From the NCBI RefSeq assembly GCF_000737315.1, contig NZ_JMCB01000003.1, positions 434,001 to 498,000 on the forward strand: a DNA stretch of 64,000 bases. The letters run 5' to 3'. The notes beneath the pieces were generated by a model. It saw nothing but the letters and a program-made list of their open reading frames with translations, did not search any database and was not told the origin of the DNA. Shown piece after piece: positions 18,922 through 28,469 of this stretch. The first letter of the stretch is position 1. Each line of letters starts with the position of its first letter. The DNA is from Hyalangium minutum. Lineage in GTDB: Bacteria; Myxococcota; Myxococcia; Myxococcales; Myxococcaceae. The translations under genes and the position numbers were made by a program.

Positions 18922-20184
18922 ATGCCGTCCGCCCCCATCGTGCTGCTGCGCCTGGCGATCATCGTCGGCATGCCCTGGCTGGCCATGGCCTGTGGCTCCT
19001 CGGGGCAGGGCTCCGCGCCGGCGCCTCATGTCTGGACGCTTGGCCAGATTCGGGAGGCGGCGCTCTTCCAGGGCTCCATCGCCGGGTACTCCGCCAGCGA
19101 GTGGGTTACGCCCCGGAGCCAGCCGATCCCCCAGTGGTCGCCGCCGTTCTCTCCAACGCCGTTGCTCCAGTCGGCGGAGCAGGACGGGCTGAACGTGCTG
19201 CCCGCCTTCAGCGAGGGCCGTCCCGCGGCGTTCGCCGTGGCGGAGGTCTGGGAGCGCGTCCCGGAGGTGTGGGTTCAGCCCTGGTACGTGCTCGTCACCG
19301 CGTACGAGCCCTCCAACCCCATGCAGTACCGGTTGAAGGACTCGTTGCCGGTGGTGGACATCGAGGAGACGAGTCTCTTCTACAGCCCCTTCTGGGAGCT
19401 CCTCTACGTGGTCGTCCCCGAGGACACGCCGCTGGATCGCTACACGAGCGCCACGGCGATCCTGTCCGCCGGGCTGCCCATGCACCGAGGTGGTGGGCTG
19501 CTCGCGCCGCTGGCACCCGCGGACGTCATGCCTGCGCTCTCCGAGGGCCTCACGGGGCCGATTCGCCCGCTCACGGGAGACGCGGTGGGCAGCGCGAGGC
19601 AGGGAGAGACGTGGCTGCACGGGCGGCAGGTGCCGTACCTGAACTTCGGCCCGAGCACCTTCACCTGGAGCACCGAGGCCAGCCGCGCGGGCATCATCGA
19701 CGAGTCCGTGCTGTACGTCTTTGCTCGCGCGGGCTCCGAGGGGCAACCCACGCCGCTGGGGCTGCCGGCGGTGATCGGCACGGGGCCTCGGGGGGCGGGC
19801 CGAGGGGCACGGGTGTCCGCGACCGGCGTACCGCAGTTCGGAGCGCTCAGCCGCCCTCACCTTGCACTGCTGCCCTCCTCCGCGGGCCCCTTTGTCCCAA
19901 GCACGATGGAGCTCCTCAAGGACACGTTGCGCACTCAGGGCGGCGTCACCGTGGTGGACGTTCACCCAGACATTGAGGCCCGAGCGGATGCGAAGGACTA
20001 CGTGCTCCGGGTCGCGCTCGAGCCGGACTGCTTCCAGGATCCCGAGAAGTTCCCGGCGGCGTGCCGCTGGCTGGACTCGCAGGCGGCGGTGGAGGCGAAC
20101 CTCGCGCCATCGAGCCTCCTGCCCCAGGACATTCTCTTCACCTCCCCTGTCCTCTTCTATGACGGAAAGAAGGTCGGTCGATGA
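18922..20184 (+). CDS. Hypothetical lipoprotein
   Basis: Lipobox LAMAC; YSPFWELLYVVVP motif; stop overlaps next start (ATGA). Confidence 0.8.
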   Translation: MPSAPIVLLRLAIIVGMPWLAMACGSSGQGSAPAPHVWTLGQIREAALFQGSIAGYSASEWVTPRSQPIPQWSPPFSPTPLLQSAEQDGLNVLPAFSEGRPAAFAVAEVWERVPEVWVQPWYVLVTAYEPSNPMQYRLKDSLPVVDIEETSLFYSPFWELLYVVVPEDTPLDRYTSATAILSAGLPMHRGGGLLAPLAPADVMPALSEGLTGPIRPLTGDAVGSARQGETWLHGRQVPYLNFGPSTFTWSTEASRAGIIDESVLYVFARAGSEGQPTPLGLPAVIGTGPRGAGRGARVSATGVPQFGALSRPHLALLPSSAGPFVPSTMELLKDTLRTQGGVTVVDVHPDIEARADAKDYVLRVALEPDCFQDPEKFPAACRWLDSQAAVEANLAPSSLLPQDILFTSPVLFYDGKKVGR

Positions 20185-21485
20185 GCGCGCGCAGGGTGTT
20201 CGCCCCAGCGCTCGCGCTGCTGCTCTTGGGCGCGGCTCGCACGGCCGCGGAGCCTGAGCCCGAGGTCACCTCCAGCTCCGCTCCCAGCGGGTACACACCA
20301 GAGGCCGAGTCCTCTTCACCGTTCCGGGTGTCCGGCTACGTGGACGTGGGTTTCGCCAAGGCCCAGGGGCGTGGCAGCTCCTTTCACCCGGACGACACGC
20401 GCGTGCCCGCGGACTACGGAGCGGATGCTTTCGCTCCGGCAGTGAACTCGCGCGGCGAGGTGGCCTCGCTGGATGCCGGGGGACGCTTCGTCAACGGCTT
20501 CCTGCCACGCACGGTGGACATCGGGGGGCACGCATCCTTCCTGCTCAACACGGCCAGCCTGGACCTCTTCTATGAGCCCGCGTCGGCGCCAGTGCTCGTC
20601 TTCGCTCGGGCGCAGTTCCTGCCGCGCTTCGAGAAAGGCAGCGGCGGCACGCGGCTGTTGCTCCAGCAGGCGTTTGGCCGCGTCACCCCGTTCTCGGGGC
20701 ATGAGCTCACGATCTCCGTGGGGCGCTTCGACTCCGTCGTTGGCATCGAGTACCTGGAGAACGAGTCCCCGCTCCGCACGGGCATCACGCCGTCCCTGAT
20801 GGCCCGCTACACCACGGGGCACCAACTCGGGGTGAAGTCCTTCTACCGGCGGCAGTTGCCTTCCCTGTCCTCGGCGGTGTCGCTGAACGTGGCCGTCACC
20901 AACGGCAGCAGCCGCGTGGAGAGCCTCCAGACGGCGGACCTGAGCCTGACGGGATTGCCCTTCGTGAGCGCGCGGCTCGGCTACGAGCTTCAGTTGTTGC
21001 GGCTGCAGATGAAGCTGGGCCTGAGCGGACAGACGGGCGCACGCAACGATCAGAACGATGCGCATGTGCACCAGACACAGCTCGGAGCCGACGCGCGCCT
21101 CACGGCTGGGTGGTTCAGCCTGGCCGCCGAGTACGTGCGCGGACGTGACGAGGCGGGCTCGGCACCTGGGAAGCACACGGGCGTGGGGGACTTCTTCTAT
21201 GCCTCGGGCTTCGCGGTGGATGGCTTCTACGGGACGCTGGCGCTCGCGGTGCCAGTGCAGGCCGAGGCACTGCGCACCACCACCGTGTACGGCCGCTATG
21301 ACCGGCGCGCCGCCGAGTTCCAGGGCTTCGGGGGCATCCTGACGTCGCGCTACACCGTGGGCACGCGGCTGGATTTCTGGAGCGTGCTCTCGATCAAGGC
21401 CGAGTACCTCTTCAACCGGGAGAACGCGGGCGCGCCCCGGGTGGACAACGACGTGTTCACGGCCTCGGCCATTTACGTCTTCTGA
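20181..21485 (+). CDS. Outer-membrane beta-barrel (porin-like) protein
   Basis: Signal peptide; alternating amphipathic beta-strands (SGYVDV, GRFDSVVG, SIKAEY); C-terminal ASAIYVF. Confidence 0.82.
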   Translation: MSARRVFAPALALLLLGAARTAAEPEPEVTSSSAPSGYTPEAESSSPFRVSGYVDVGFAKAQGRGSSFHPDDTRVPADYGADAFAPAVNSRGEVASLDAGGRFVNGFLPRTVDIGGHASFLLNTASLDLFYEPASAPVLVFARAQFLPRFEKGSGGTRLLLQQAFGRVTPFSGHELTISVGRFDSVVGIEYLENESPLRTGITPSLMARYTTGHQLGVKSFYRRQLPSLSSAVSLNVAVTNGSSRVESLQTADLSLTGLPFVSARLGYELQLLRLQMKLGLSGQTGARNDQNDAHVHQTQLGADARLTAGWFSLAAEYVRGRDEAGSAPGKHTGVGDFFYASGFAVDGFYGTLALAVPVQAEALRTTTVYGRYDRRAAEFQGFGGILTSRYTVGTRLDFWSVLSIKAEYLFNRENAGAPRVDNDVFTASAIYVF

Positions 21486-21503
21486 GTGAGCCCCTGACCT
21501 GGA

Positions 21504-22322
21504 GTGACGTTGCTCATGCTCTCGCACCTTCGCGCCGCGCTGGCGCTCCCCATCGCGCTCCTGCTCGCCCTGCCCTCCTGGGCGGAAGAGCCATCCGAGC
21601 TGGAGTTGCCCATGCCTCCTCCTCCTTCAGGGTATCGCCTGCTTCCGATGTCTCCCGTGGAGCCCGGCCTCCCAACACCCGCGCTGGATGCCTCGCAGGT
21701 GGACGTGCGGAAGTCCCGGGCGATGCCCTCGGGGGTACTCGAAGGCACGGTGCGGGGAGGCCCCTCCGGAGCGGGAGGCGCGGTGGTGTGGCTGACGCGC
21801 GCGCAGGGAACCACGCCGAAAGCGAAGCCTGCGGCGCGTCAAGTCGTGGTCCAGCGGGGCAAGCGCTTCCTGCCGCACGTGCTCGTGATCCCCACAGGCA
21901 CCGAGGTCGCCTTCGTGAACGAGGACAAGATGTTCCACAACGTGTTCTCGCTCAGCCGGCCCAGCGCGTTCGATCTGGGCCTCTATGGAGAAGGTGTGGC
22001 GCGCAGCCAGGTGTTCTCCGAGCCCGGCCCGGTGCGGCTGCTGTGCAACATCCACGCGTCCATGTCCGCCTTCATTTACGTGGTGGACTCGCCCTGGTAC
22101 GCGCAGGCGGACGCGGCGGGCCGGTTCGAGCTGCGCTGGCTTCCCCCAGGCGAGTACGTGCTGCACACCTGGCACGAGACCTCCGCGAAGCCGAGCACCC
22201 AGCGCGTGACCGTGGGCGAAGGCCGCGTCGTCGTGGCGGCCACCGTGACGGGCGACGCCGAGCGCTCCGTGTTCGTTCCAGACAAGGCGGGGCGCCCCAG
22301 GCAACCGCAGATCGGCTATTGA
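21504..22322 (+). CDS. Secreted cupredoxin-like / carboxypeptidase-regulatory-like domain protein
   Basis: Signal peptide; FLPHVLVI, NEDKMFHNVFS, CNIHASM (His...Cys-x2-His-x2-Met); ADAAGRFEL...LPPGEYVLHTWH. Confidence 0.82.
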   Translation: MTLLMLSHLRAALALPIALLLALPSWAEEPSELELPMPPPPSGYRLLPMSPVEPGLPTPALDASQVDVRKSRAMPSGVLEGTVRGGPSGAGGAVVWLTRAQGTTPKAKPAARQVVVQRGKRFLPHVLVIPTGTEVAFVNEDKMFHNVFSLSRPSAFDLGLYGEGVARSQVFSEPGPVRLLCNIHASMSAFIYVVDSPWYAQADAAGRFELRWLPPGEYVLHTWHETSAKPSTQRVTVGEGRVVVAATVTGDAERSVFVPDKAGRPRQPQIGY

Positions 22323-22331
22323 GGCGTTCTC

Positions 22332-22682
22332 ATGAGCGAAGACGCGGCATGGCAGCCCTACGAGGGCGGGAGCACCCTGGGCATGCAGGGCTCCCAAGGC
22401 GGGACGATCACCTGGGACGAGGCGTACGCCGAGCAGCTGCGGCTCACGCTGGAGCAGGACGAGAGCCGCTCCTTCCACGCGATCACCTGTGGCGTCTCCG
22501 GGTGGATGGTCCACACCCGCTTCTTCGGCAGCGCCACCGAGGCCATTGCCGCCTTCGAAGAGATGCGGCCAGCGCTGGTGGAGCTGCTCTCGAAGTTACC
22601 CCCGAGCGAGCCCAAGCCCCCACGCGAAGCGCTGCGTGAGGGGGGCGCCCTGCTCTCGGGGTTCATCGCGCGCTTCCCCTGA
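22332..22682 (+). CDS. Hypothetical protein (116 aa)
   Basis: GAGG RBS; AITCGVSGWMVHTRFF motif. Confidence 0.75.
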   Translation: MSEDAAWQPYEGGSTLGMQGSQGGTITWDEAYAEQLRLTLEQDESRSFHAITCGVSGWMVHTRFFGSATEAIAAFEEMRPALVELLSKLPPSEPKPPREALREGGALLSGFIARFP

Positions 22683-22699
22683 CGGGGGGCTCGCGCGGC

Positions 22700-23659
22700 T
22701 CAGTACACGACGAGCGGATGCGGGATGTAGTAGCTGACGATGCTCAGCACGGGGACGCGCGGCCCCTCATCGTCCTCGTCCAGGGCGCCGGAGGTGGTCC
22801 GCATCCCATCGAACCGCGCGAGGATGACGAAGTCCCGGCCCGGCGACAGGAACGGATCGGCCTTCGGCAGCCGCCCGAGCGCCTCGCGGCCCGTGTCGCT
22901 GGAGATGTTGTCGTAGCGGAGCACCGTCTTGCTGTCCCGGGTCGTCTTGTCCTTGGACAGCGAGCCGTTGACGTTGCCACCCACCAGCGTCGTCTCTCCG
23001 GTCAGGTTGCCGGCGGTCGTCGACCGGGCGTCCCGCCGGGAAGCGATGCCCACCTGCTGCTCGGTGCCGACAGAGCCGAGCCCCTGCTCGACGAGCCACA
23101 CCGTGGGCTTCTCCTCCGCGATGCGAACATCCCCCACCTGGGCCCGGACGAGGATGAAGCGCCCCTTGTACGTGTCCGGCTGAGCCATGGCCGCGGCCAG
23201 GGAGAAGATGGGCAGCCGCTGCTCGTTCAGCAGGCGGAGATCGCCCTCCACGCTGCCGCCCCGCTGGGCCACCACCTTGGCGATCAGCGCCGCGGCACCC
23301 GGACGGGAGCGCAGCTCCTGGCTCCACGTGCCGCTCATCAGCGCCTGGAGCGAGGTGAACGGCGTGCCATCCACACAGGCCTTGAGCGCCGTCCACGCGT
23401 CATCGCGCGAGAGGGGCAGGTAGCGCCGGGCTTGGCGCTCGCACTCGTTGGGGTTCGGGTACTGCGCGGCGAACCTCTGCGCGTTGAGGGGATCCGGAGG
23501 GAGCTCGGAGGTGCGCGGGGCCACTTCGGACGGCTGCTCGCGGACATCCTCCACCTGGGTCCGGGAGGACGCGCACCCCGACAGGGCGAGTGCGCAGAGC
23601 AGAGTCCAGGCCTGACGGGAGGCCGGCTTCTTCGAAGGCATGAAGGTATCTCGGTACAT
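22700..23659 (-). CDS. Hypothetical lipoprotein
   Basis: GAGG RBS; lipobox ALSGC; OB-fold-like YKGRFILVRAQV segment. Confidence 0.78.
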   Translation of the reverse strand: MYRDTFMPSKKPASRQAWTLLCALALSGCASSRTQVEDVREQPSEVAPRTSELPPDPLNAQRFAAQYPNPNECERQARRYLPLSRDDAWTALKACVDGTPFTSLQALMSGTWSQELRSRPGAAALIAKVVAQRGGSVEGDLRLLNEQRLPIFSLAAAMAQPDTYKGRFILVRAQVGDVRIAEEKPTVWLVEQGLGSVGTEQQVGIASRRDARSTTAGNLTGETTLVGGNVNGSLSKDKTTRDSKTVLRYDNISSDTGREALGRLPKADPFLSPGRDFVILARFDGMRTTSGALDEDDEGPRVPVLSIVSYYIPHPLVVY

Positions 23660-23679
23660 GGAAACCTCTTTCCCGTGGA

Positions 23680-24204
23680 CTACAGGGAGGCCGAGCCACG
23701 GCTCGGCGGAGACTTGGGAGCGGGAACCGCGGTCTTGCCCACGGAGGCCGCCATCTGGGTCTCCTGCAGCACCCCTGAGATGGCGCGGTAGCAGGCCCGC
23801 GCGGCCGGAGCAAAGCGCCCCTTCGCGTCAACGATGGGCGAGGTGCCCTCCAGGCCGCACCGCTCCGCGGCGGCGGCGTACTTCTTCTCGCACGTGGTGG
23901 CGAGGTTGCGATCCGGCTTGCCCTCGGTCGACGAGGACTTCGAGGACTCGGCGCACAGCGTCCGGGCCATGTCCTGGATCGTGCGGATGTTGCTGGCAGC
24001 CTGATCCTTGTTGGGCTCGGCGGGCGTCAGCTCGGCTTCGAAGACGCACTCCTTGCCGGACCGCAGCGTGTCCGCGGTGCAGGACCAGGCGGTGGGAGAC
24101 TCGTCGGCCACCGGAGGGGCCTCGAGGGACTGAGCAGAAGCGGCGCCCGAGCCATCATTCGGCGCCGCGCCCAACAGCAGCGAGAGGAACACAACGGAGA
24201 TCAT
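23680..24204 (-). CDS. Secreted Cys-rich hypothetical protein
   Basis: Signal peptide; six Cys (WSC, KECVF, TLCAE, TCEK, RCGL, ACYR). Confidence 0.75.
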   Translation of the reverse strand: MISVVFLSLLLGAAPNDGSGAASAQSLEAPPVADESPTAWSCTADTLRSGKECVFEAELTPAEPNKDQAASNIRTIQDMARTLCAESSKSSSTEGKPDRNLATTCEKKYAAAAERCGLEGTSPIVDAKGRFAPAARACYRAISGVLQETQMAASVGKTAVPAPKSPPSRGSASL

Positions 24205-24385
24205 GGAGCGACAGCGTAGGCCCGGCCCGGCCCGCGCTCAATCGCCTCGGCCGCAGAGTGTTGCTCCGACGTCTCGCAGGTTTGCTCACACCAGAGCTTT
24301 CCAGTGGGCAAGCAGGCAGGCGAGTTGGAGCGTGTCGGAGCCGGGTGCCATACTCGCCGTCTCAGCTCGTTTCCAAGGAGGCACC

Positions 24386-24739
24386 ATGGCGACGTTCAAG
24401 GAAGCGCTTCAGGGCCTGGCCAACGCGACGGCGGACCTCAGCTCGCTCCAGGTGTACACCTACTCGGGAGATGTGAACTCGGTGCTGACGGGGGATGGCG
24501 GCGGGATCGACTGGGATCAGCTCTTCACCAAGTCCAAGGCGAACAGCGGCACGCTGAAGCTGGTGGCGGCCACCAAGGTCCAGTTCGACGGGGACACGGT
24601 GAACTTTCAGACCTCGGAGAAGCTGGATCGGATCGAGGAGATGCTGCGGTTGCACGAGCAGTCGGTGAACAACAGCCGAATGGCCCGGCAGTCGCTGGTC
24701 CAGTTCTTCATGGACGGCCTGAAGAACGCGGTGAAGTAA
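24386..24739 (+). CDS. Small hypothetical protein (117 aa)
   Basis: AAGGAGG RBS + ATG 24386; LSSLQVYTYSGD...VAATKVQFDGD...LHEQSV. Confidence 0.82.
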   Translation: MATFKEALQGLANATADLSSLQVYTYSGDVNSVLTGDGGGIDWDQLFTKSKANSGTLKLVAATKVQFDGDTVNFQTSEKLDRIEEMLRLHEQSVNNSRMARQSLVQFFMDGLKNAVK

Positions 24740-24752
24740 GGGGCTCTGCGCC

Positions 24753-26627
24753 GTGATGGGGCCCCTCTGGGATGCCGTCCTCGACGAGTTCTCCCAGGAG
24801 AGCCGTCGCCGAGGCACACAGCCGCTCCACCTCCACGAGCCCGAGCGTCCGGACGGGGTGTTGCCCGATCCGTACCAACGGCTCCAGGGGTTGTTGGATC
24901 GGCTGACGCAGGCCGAGCGCGAGCTCGAGCTGGCCCCGCTCCCCGCGGGTGACACGCGCTGGGGAGACGAGGTGCGCCCGGGCAACCGGGAGCACAACCT
25001 GCGGAAGAAGGCGGTGAGGGCCCGGCTCGAGCTGCTGGGCTACGCCCCGGGTCCCGAGGGCGACAGCAGCACCCTGCGTCAGGCCGTGCTCCAGTTCCAG
25101 CAAGAGGCGGGGCTGGACGTGGACGGTTGGGTCGGAAAGCAGACGTGGTCGGCGCTGGATGAGTTCATCACCCTGGAGCCGCCGCTGCAGCTCGGGCTCT
25201 GGTACCCGGAGGGAGCGGCGCCCCTCCCTGCCCTGGTCCGAGCCACGGGCCTCCGCTTGAAGATGTTGGGCTTCGAGGCCACGGCCTCCACCGATAAGAG
25301 GGCGCTGGTGGAGCCGCTGGCGGCGTTCCGGAAGGCGGCGCTGGAACTGGGGCTGGACGCGGGGCCCACTGTTCCGGATCGACAGGTGGTGGGACTCCTG
25401 TTCGATGACGAGCTCCTCTTCTCGATCGCGAAGCAGGCCCTGAAGGTGCAGCCCGGTCCTGGGCCGTTGAGCCTGGATGAGCCGGAGGACGGCGCAACGG
25501 CTCGGATGCTGCGGCGGATGGTGCGCAACGAGCTGTGGCTGCACGGGTACGAGGTCGGCGATCTGCGCGGTACGACCCAGGTGGTTCCCGGACAGAAGGG
25601 CCTGGCCGATGGGCTTCGGGTCTACTGGAGCCAGCGCGGGCTGCCGCCTGGAGAGACGATCGAGCAGCGCTCGAAGCGGGTTGACGCCCTGCTGCTCCAG
25701 GCGCTTTTGGAGGATCACCACGCCCCGGTGGCGCCATCGGCGGACGAGCACGAACAGGTGTCGCGCTTCATGGCCACCCACCTGGATGCGTTCCGCCAAG
25801 CGTGGGAGCGGACCATTCCCTGCCGTCCTGTGTTCTTCATCTGGGATGGGGTGAAGCGCGGGGGGCAGTGGCTGCGGCAGCAGATCTCGAAGCTCTCCTC
25901 CCTGGCCGACGTCGTGGTGAAGGGGCTGGAGTTCACGAAGACCTTCGTGTGGAACATGGTCCGCTACGTGTTCCAGCAAGGGTCGAAGGTGTTCTCCACG
26001 GTGCGCAGGGCCATCGCCGCGATGATCTATGGTGTGCAGCCCTTCCTGGATGGAGGCATTCGTGCGGGCCAGGGCCAGGGGCGCGTGGAGTGCCAGATCG
26101 CGCTGAACGGCAACCTGGGGGTGTTCATCGGCCGCGAGGCCACTCCCGAGGCGGCGGATGCGCTGTCGACCCGGCTGCGGCAGATGGCGCAATGCCTCAA
26201 CGCAAGCTCGCTCATCTTCGCGGAGATCCTGCGCGCGGAGCAGAAGCTCGTCCGAGGTCCCTCGGGCTGGATGGCCCTGCTCTCCCATCTGGTCCAGGAG
26301 GCGCCACGCTGGAAGATGTACCTGTCCAAGGTGGCGGACTTGCCGGATCTGCCCGCGCCTACGGCCACCGCGGCCATCCTCGCAGACGGCGGCGAGATCG
26401 AGGCACAGTCGGTGGTGAACTGGCCCCGGCGGATCGCGATCATGGGCGCCGGATCCCTGATACTCGGCGGCGCCGGTCTGGTGGCCTGGCAGATGGGAGC
26501 ACTGGCCCGGCCCTCGGAGCCAGCGCACTGGCTCCTGTTCGCGGGCAGTGTCCTGGGCCTGCCGCTGCTGGGGGGACTGGTCACCTGGGGCGTGAAGAAG
26601 TGGCTCCAGTCCCGCCTTCAGACGTAG
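24753..26627 (+). CDS. Peptidoglycan-binding-domain protein with C-terminal TM helices
   Basis: LELLGY...AVLQFQQEAGLDVDGWVGKQTWSAL (PG_binding_1-like); two C-terminal hydrophobic helices. Confidence 0.8.
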   Translation: MMGPLWDAVLDEFSQESRRRGTQPLHLHEPERPDGVLPDPYQRLQGLLDRLTQAERELELAPLPAGDTRWGDEVRPGNREHNLRKKAVRARLELLGYAPGPEGDSSTLRQAVLQFQQEAGLDVDGWVGKQTWSALDEFITLEPPLQLGLWYPEGAAPLPALVRATGLRLKMLGFEATASTDKRALVEPLAAFRKAALELGLDAGPTVPDRQVVGLLFDDELLFSIAKQALKVQPGPGPLSLDEPEDGATARMLRRMVRNELWLHGYEVGDLRGTTQVVPGQKGLADGLRVYWSQRGLPPGETIEQRSKRVDALLLQALLEDHHAPVAPSADEHEQVSRFMATHLDAFRQAWERTIPCRPVFFIWDGVKRGGQWLRQQISKLSSLADVVVKGLEFTKTFVWNMVRYVFQQGSKVFSTVRRAIAAMIYGVQPFLDGGIRAGQGQGRVECQIALNGNLGVFIGREATPEAADALSTRLRQMAQCLNASSLIFAEILRAEQKLVRGPSGWMALLSHLVQEAPRWKMYLSKVADLPDLPAPTATAAILADGGEIEAQSVVNWPRRIAIMGAGSLILGGAGLVAWQMGALARPSEPAHWLLFAGSVLGLPLLGGLVTWGVKKWLQSRLQT

Positions 26628-26630
26628 CGG

Positions 26631-28469
26631 CTACTGCACCAGCCGCTTGATGTCTCCGCAGGCGATGTACGAGCCGCCGCCCGAGGCCTCGATCACCTCG
26701 TCCACCACATAGAGGATGCCCTCCTCGCGGATGTCTCGCGGGAAGCGCATGTTGAAGTTGGGATCGTACCCATCGGAGACGACGCGGGCCCGCAGCTTGC
26801 TCCCCTCCTTCACGCACTGCACGAGGACGCCCGCGCCCACGCTGTTCGTTGTGGGCAGATCGTTCGCCGAGCCCGTCACCTTGGATGCCTTGCCCGTCTT
26901 CCTCGGAGCGGCTGCGCCGCCGGAGGACGCCCGCGCTGCCCGCTCCTGGCCCGGCGTCACCAGCCGCTTGAGGGTGCCCTGTGCCCGGTAGAACCCCCCA
27001 TCCGCCGACGGCACCAGCTTCTCCACCACGTACGTCACGCCCTCCTCACGGGCGCTGCGGGGGAACTGGATGTTGAAGTTGGGATCGTAGCCCTCGGAGA
27101 CCGCGCGGACGCGCAGCTTGCCGCCCTCGCGCTCGCACTTCACGATGACGCCGCCCTCGGCGCTGGAGACGGCCCCCAGTTCGTCTGCGGAGCCGCCCGC
27201 CGTGCCGCGCAGGGCCAGATCGTTCCGGCTGCGAGTGCCGGCCTGGTACGACTGGTCGCGCATCTCCTTGCGGATCACCGCGTCGTACTTCTTGGACTCC
27301 AGCCGCTTCGCGTAGTGCTCGAGCTGATCCACCTCCTCGATCAGCTCGAAGGAGCTCTTGTCGAGGCTCGCCGACAGCTCCGCGATCGTGCTCCGCAACT
27401 GCTGCGAAGCCCCCTTCAGATCGCCGCTGTCCGCCAGCGTCACCGCCTTGTCCTTCACCTGGGCGATGCGCAGCCGGTTCGTCTGCGCCAGCACGTTCTT
27501 GTCCGCCGAGAGGGCGCTGGCCTCCTCCTCCGAGCCCAGCGTCACCGCCACCGGCAGCTCGCCCGAGAACTCCTTCAGCGCGCCGTCCACTACGGCCTGA
27601 TACTTGTAGGTCAATGTGGCGAGAGGAATGCTCCCGGTCGCCGTGCCCGGCTCCACCGAGAGCTCCACCGCCAACTGCCGATCCTCCGTGCTGTAGACCT
27701 CGCCCAGCCCCACCTCTACCTGCTGGCCGCGTGCCTCGAAGCGGTAGCGGTTCAGCACGCTGGCCACCTTCACGTTGGGCGCCGGCTGGATCGTCACCAC
27801 CAGGTTCTGCCCGGCCACCGAGGACAGGCCCTCCATCTCGATGCCGAACACGCCCTCGGCGTCATCCGGAGACTGGATGAAGTAGAAGTGGCCCTCGCCT
27901 GCTCCGGCCATGCCGATCAGCAGATCCTCATTGAAGTTGCTGCCGAACCCGAGCGTCGTGGTGGTGATCCCCGCGCCCGTTACCTCCTTCACCTTGGAGA
28001 GGATCTCGTCCGGCCGGGTGATGCCCACGTTGGCCTGACCGTCCGTCAGCAGGAGCACCCGGTTGATGCGCTCCTGGGACTGCTGGGTCTTCACGTGGTT
28101 CACGCCCTGCTGCCAGCCCCCCGTCAGGTTGGTACAGCCCGCGGGCCCGACCTTGGAGAGCGCCTTCTCGATGGCCGCGCGATCCCGCACCTGCTGAGGC
28201 GCCAGCACCGTCATCGGCGAGTCGTCGTACGCGACGATGGAGATCCAGTCCTCTGAGCCCATGCGCTCGACCAGGTTCCGCGAGGCCTGGAGCGCATGTT
28301 TCAAGGGCGGACCCGCCATGGAACCTGATCGGTCGATGACCAGGCTCAGGTTGAGCGCTCGTCTTGACGGCCCCTGGGAAGCTTCTGCCCGGAAGGACAC
28401 CAGGAGGTCTACCTTAGAGGGTGTGCCTCCGGGAATGACGCTGCGACTCAGTGTATAGACGGCTTTCAT
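26631..28469 (-). CDS. vWA-domain protein with two tandem C-terminal ~63-aa repeats
   Basis: MIDAS IDRSGSM, GCTNLTGG, VLLLTDGQAN, TLGFG; repeats KCEREGGKLRVR...GYDPNFN and QCVKEGSKLRAR...GYDPNFN. Confidence 0.9.
   Translation of the reverse strand: MKAVYTLSRSVIPGGTPSKVDLLVSFRAEASQGPSRRALNLSLVIDRSGSMAGPPLKHALQASRNLVERMGSEDWISIVAYDDSPMTVLAPQQVRDRAAIEKALSKVGPAGCTNLTGGWQQGVNHVKTQQSQERINRVLLLTDGQANVGITRPDEILSKVKEVTGAGITTTTLGFGSNFNEDLLIGMAGAGEGHFYFIQSPDDAEGVFGIEMEGLSSVAGQNLVVTIQPAPNVKVASVLNRYRFEARGQQVEVGLGEVYSTEDRQLAVELSVEPGTATGSIPLATLTYKYQAVVDGALKEFSGELPVAVTLGSEEEASALSADKNVLAQTNRLRIAQVKDKAVTLADSGDLKGASQQLRSTIAELSASLDKSSFELIEEVDQLEHYAKRLESKKYDAVIRKEMRDQSYQAGTRSRNDLALRGTAGGSADELGAVSSAEGGVIVKCEREGGKLRVRAVSEGYDPNFNIQFPRSAREEGVTYVVEKLVPSADGGFYRAQGTLKRLVTPGQERAARASSGGAAAPRKTGKASKVTGSANDLPTTNSVGAGVLVQCVKEGSKLRARVVSDGYDPNFNMRFPRDIREEGILYVVDEVIEASGGGSYIACGDIKRLVQ
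26634..27150 (-). repeat. Intragenic duplicated domain (about 26634-26828 and 26958-27150)
   Basis: Near-identical DNA core ATGTTGAAGTTGGGATCGTA in both copies; conserved FPR..REEG..YVV and G..KRLV. Confidence 0.85.
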
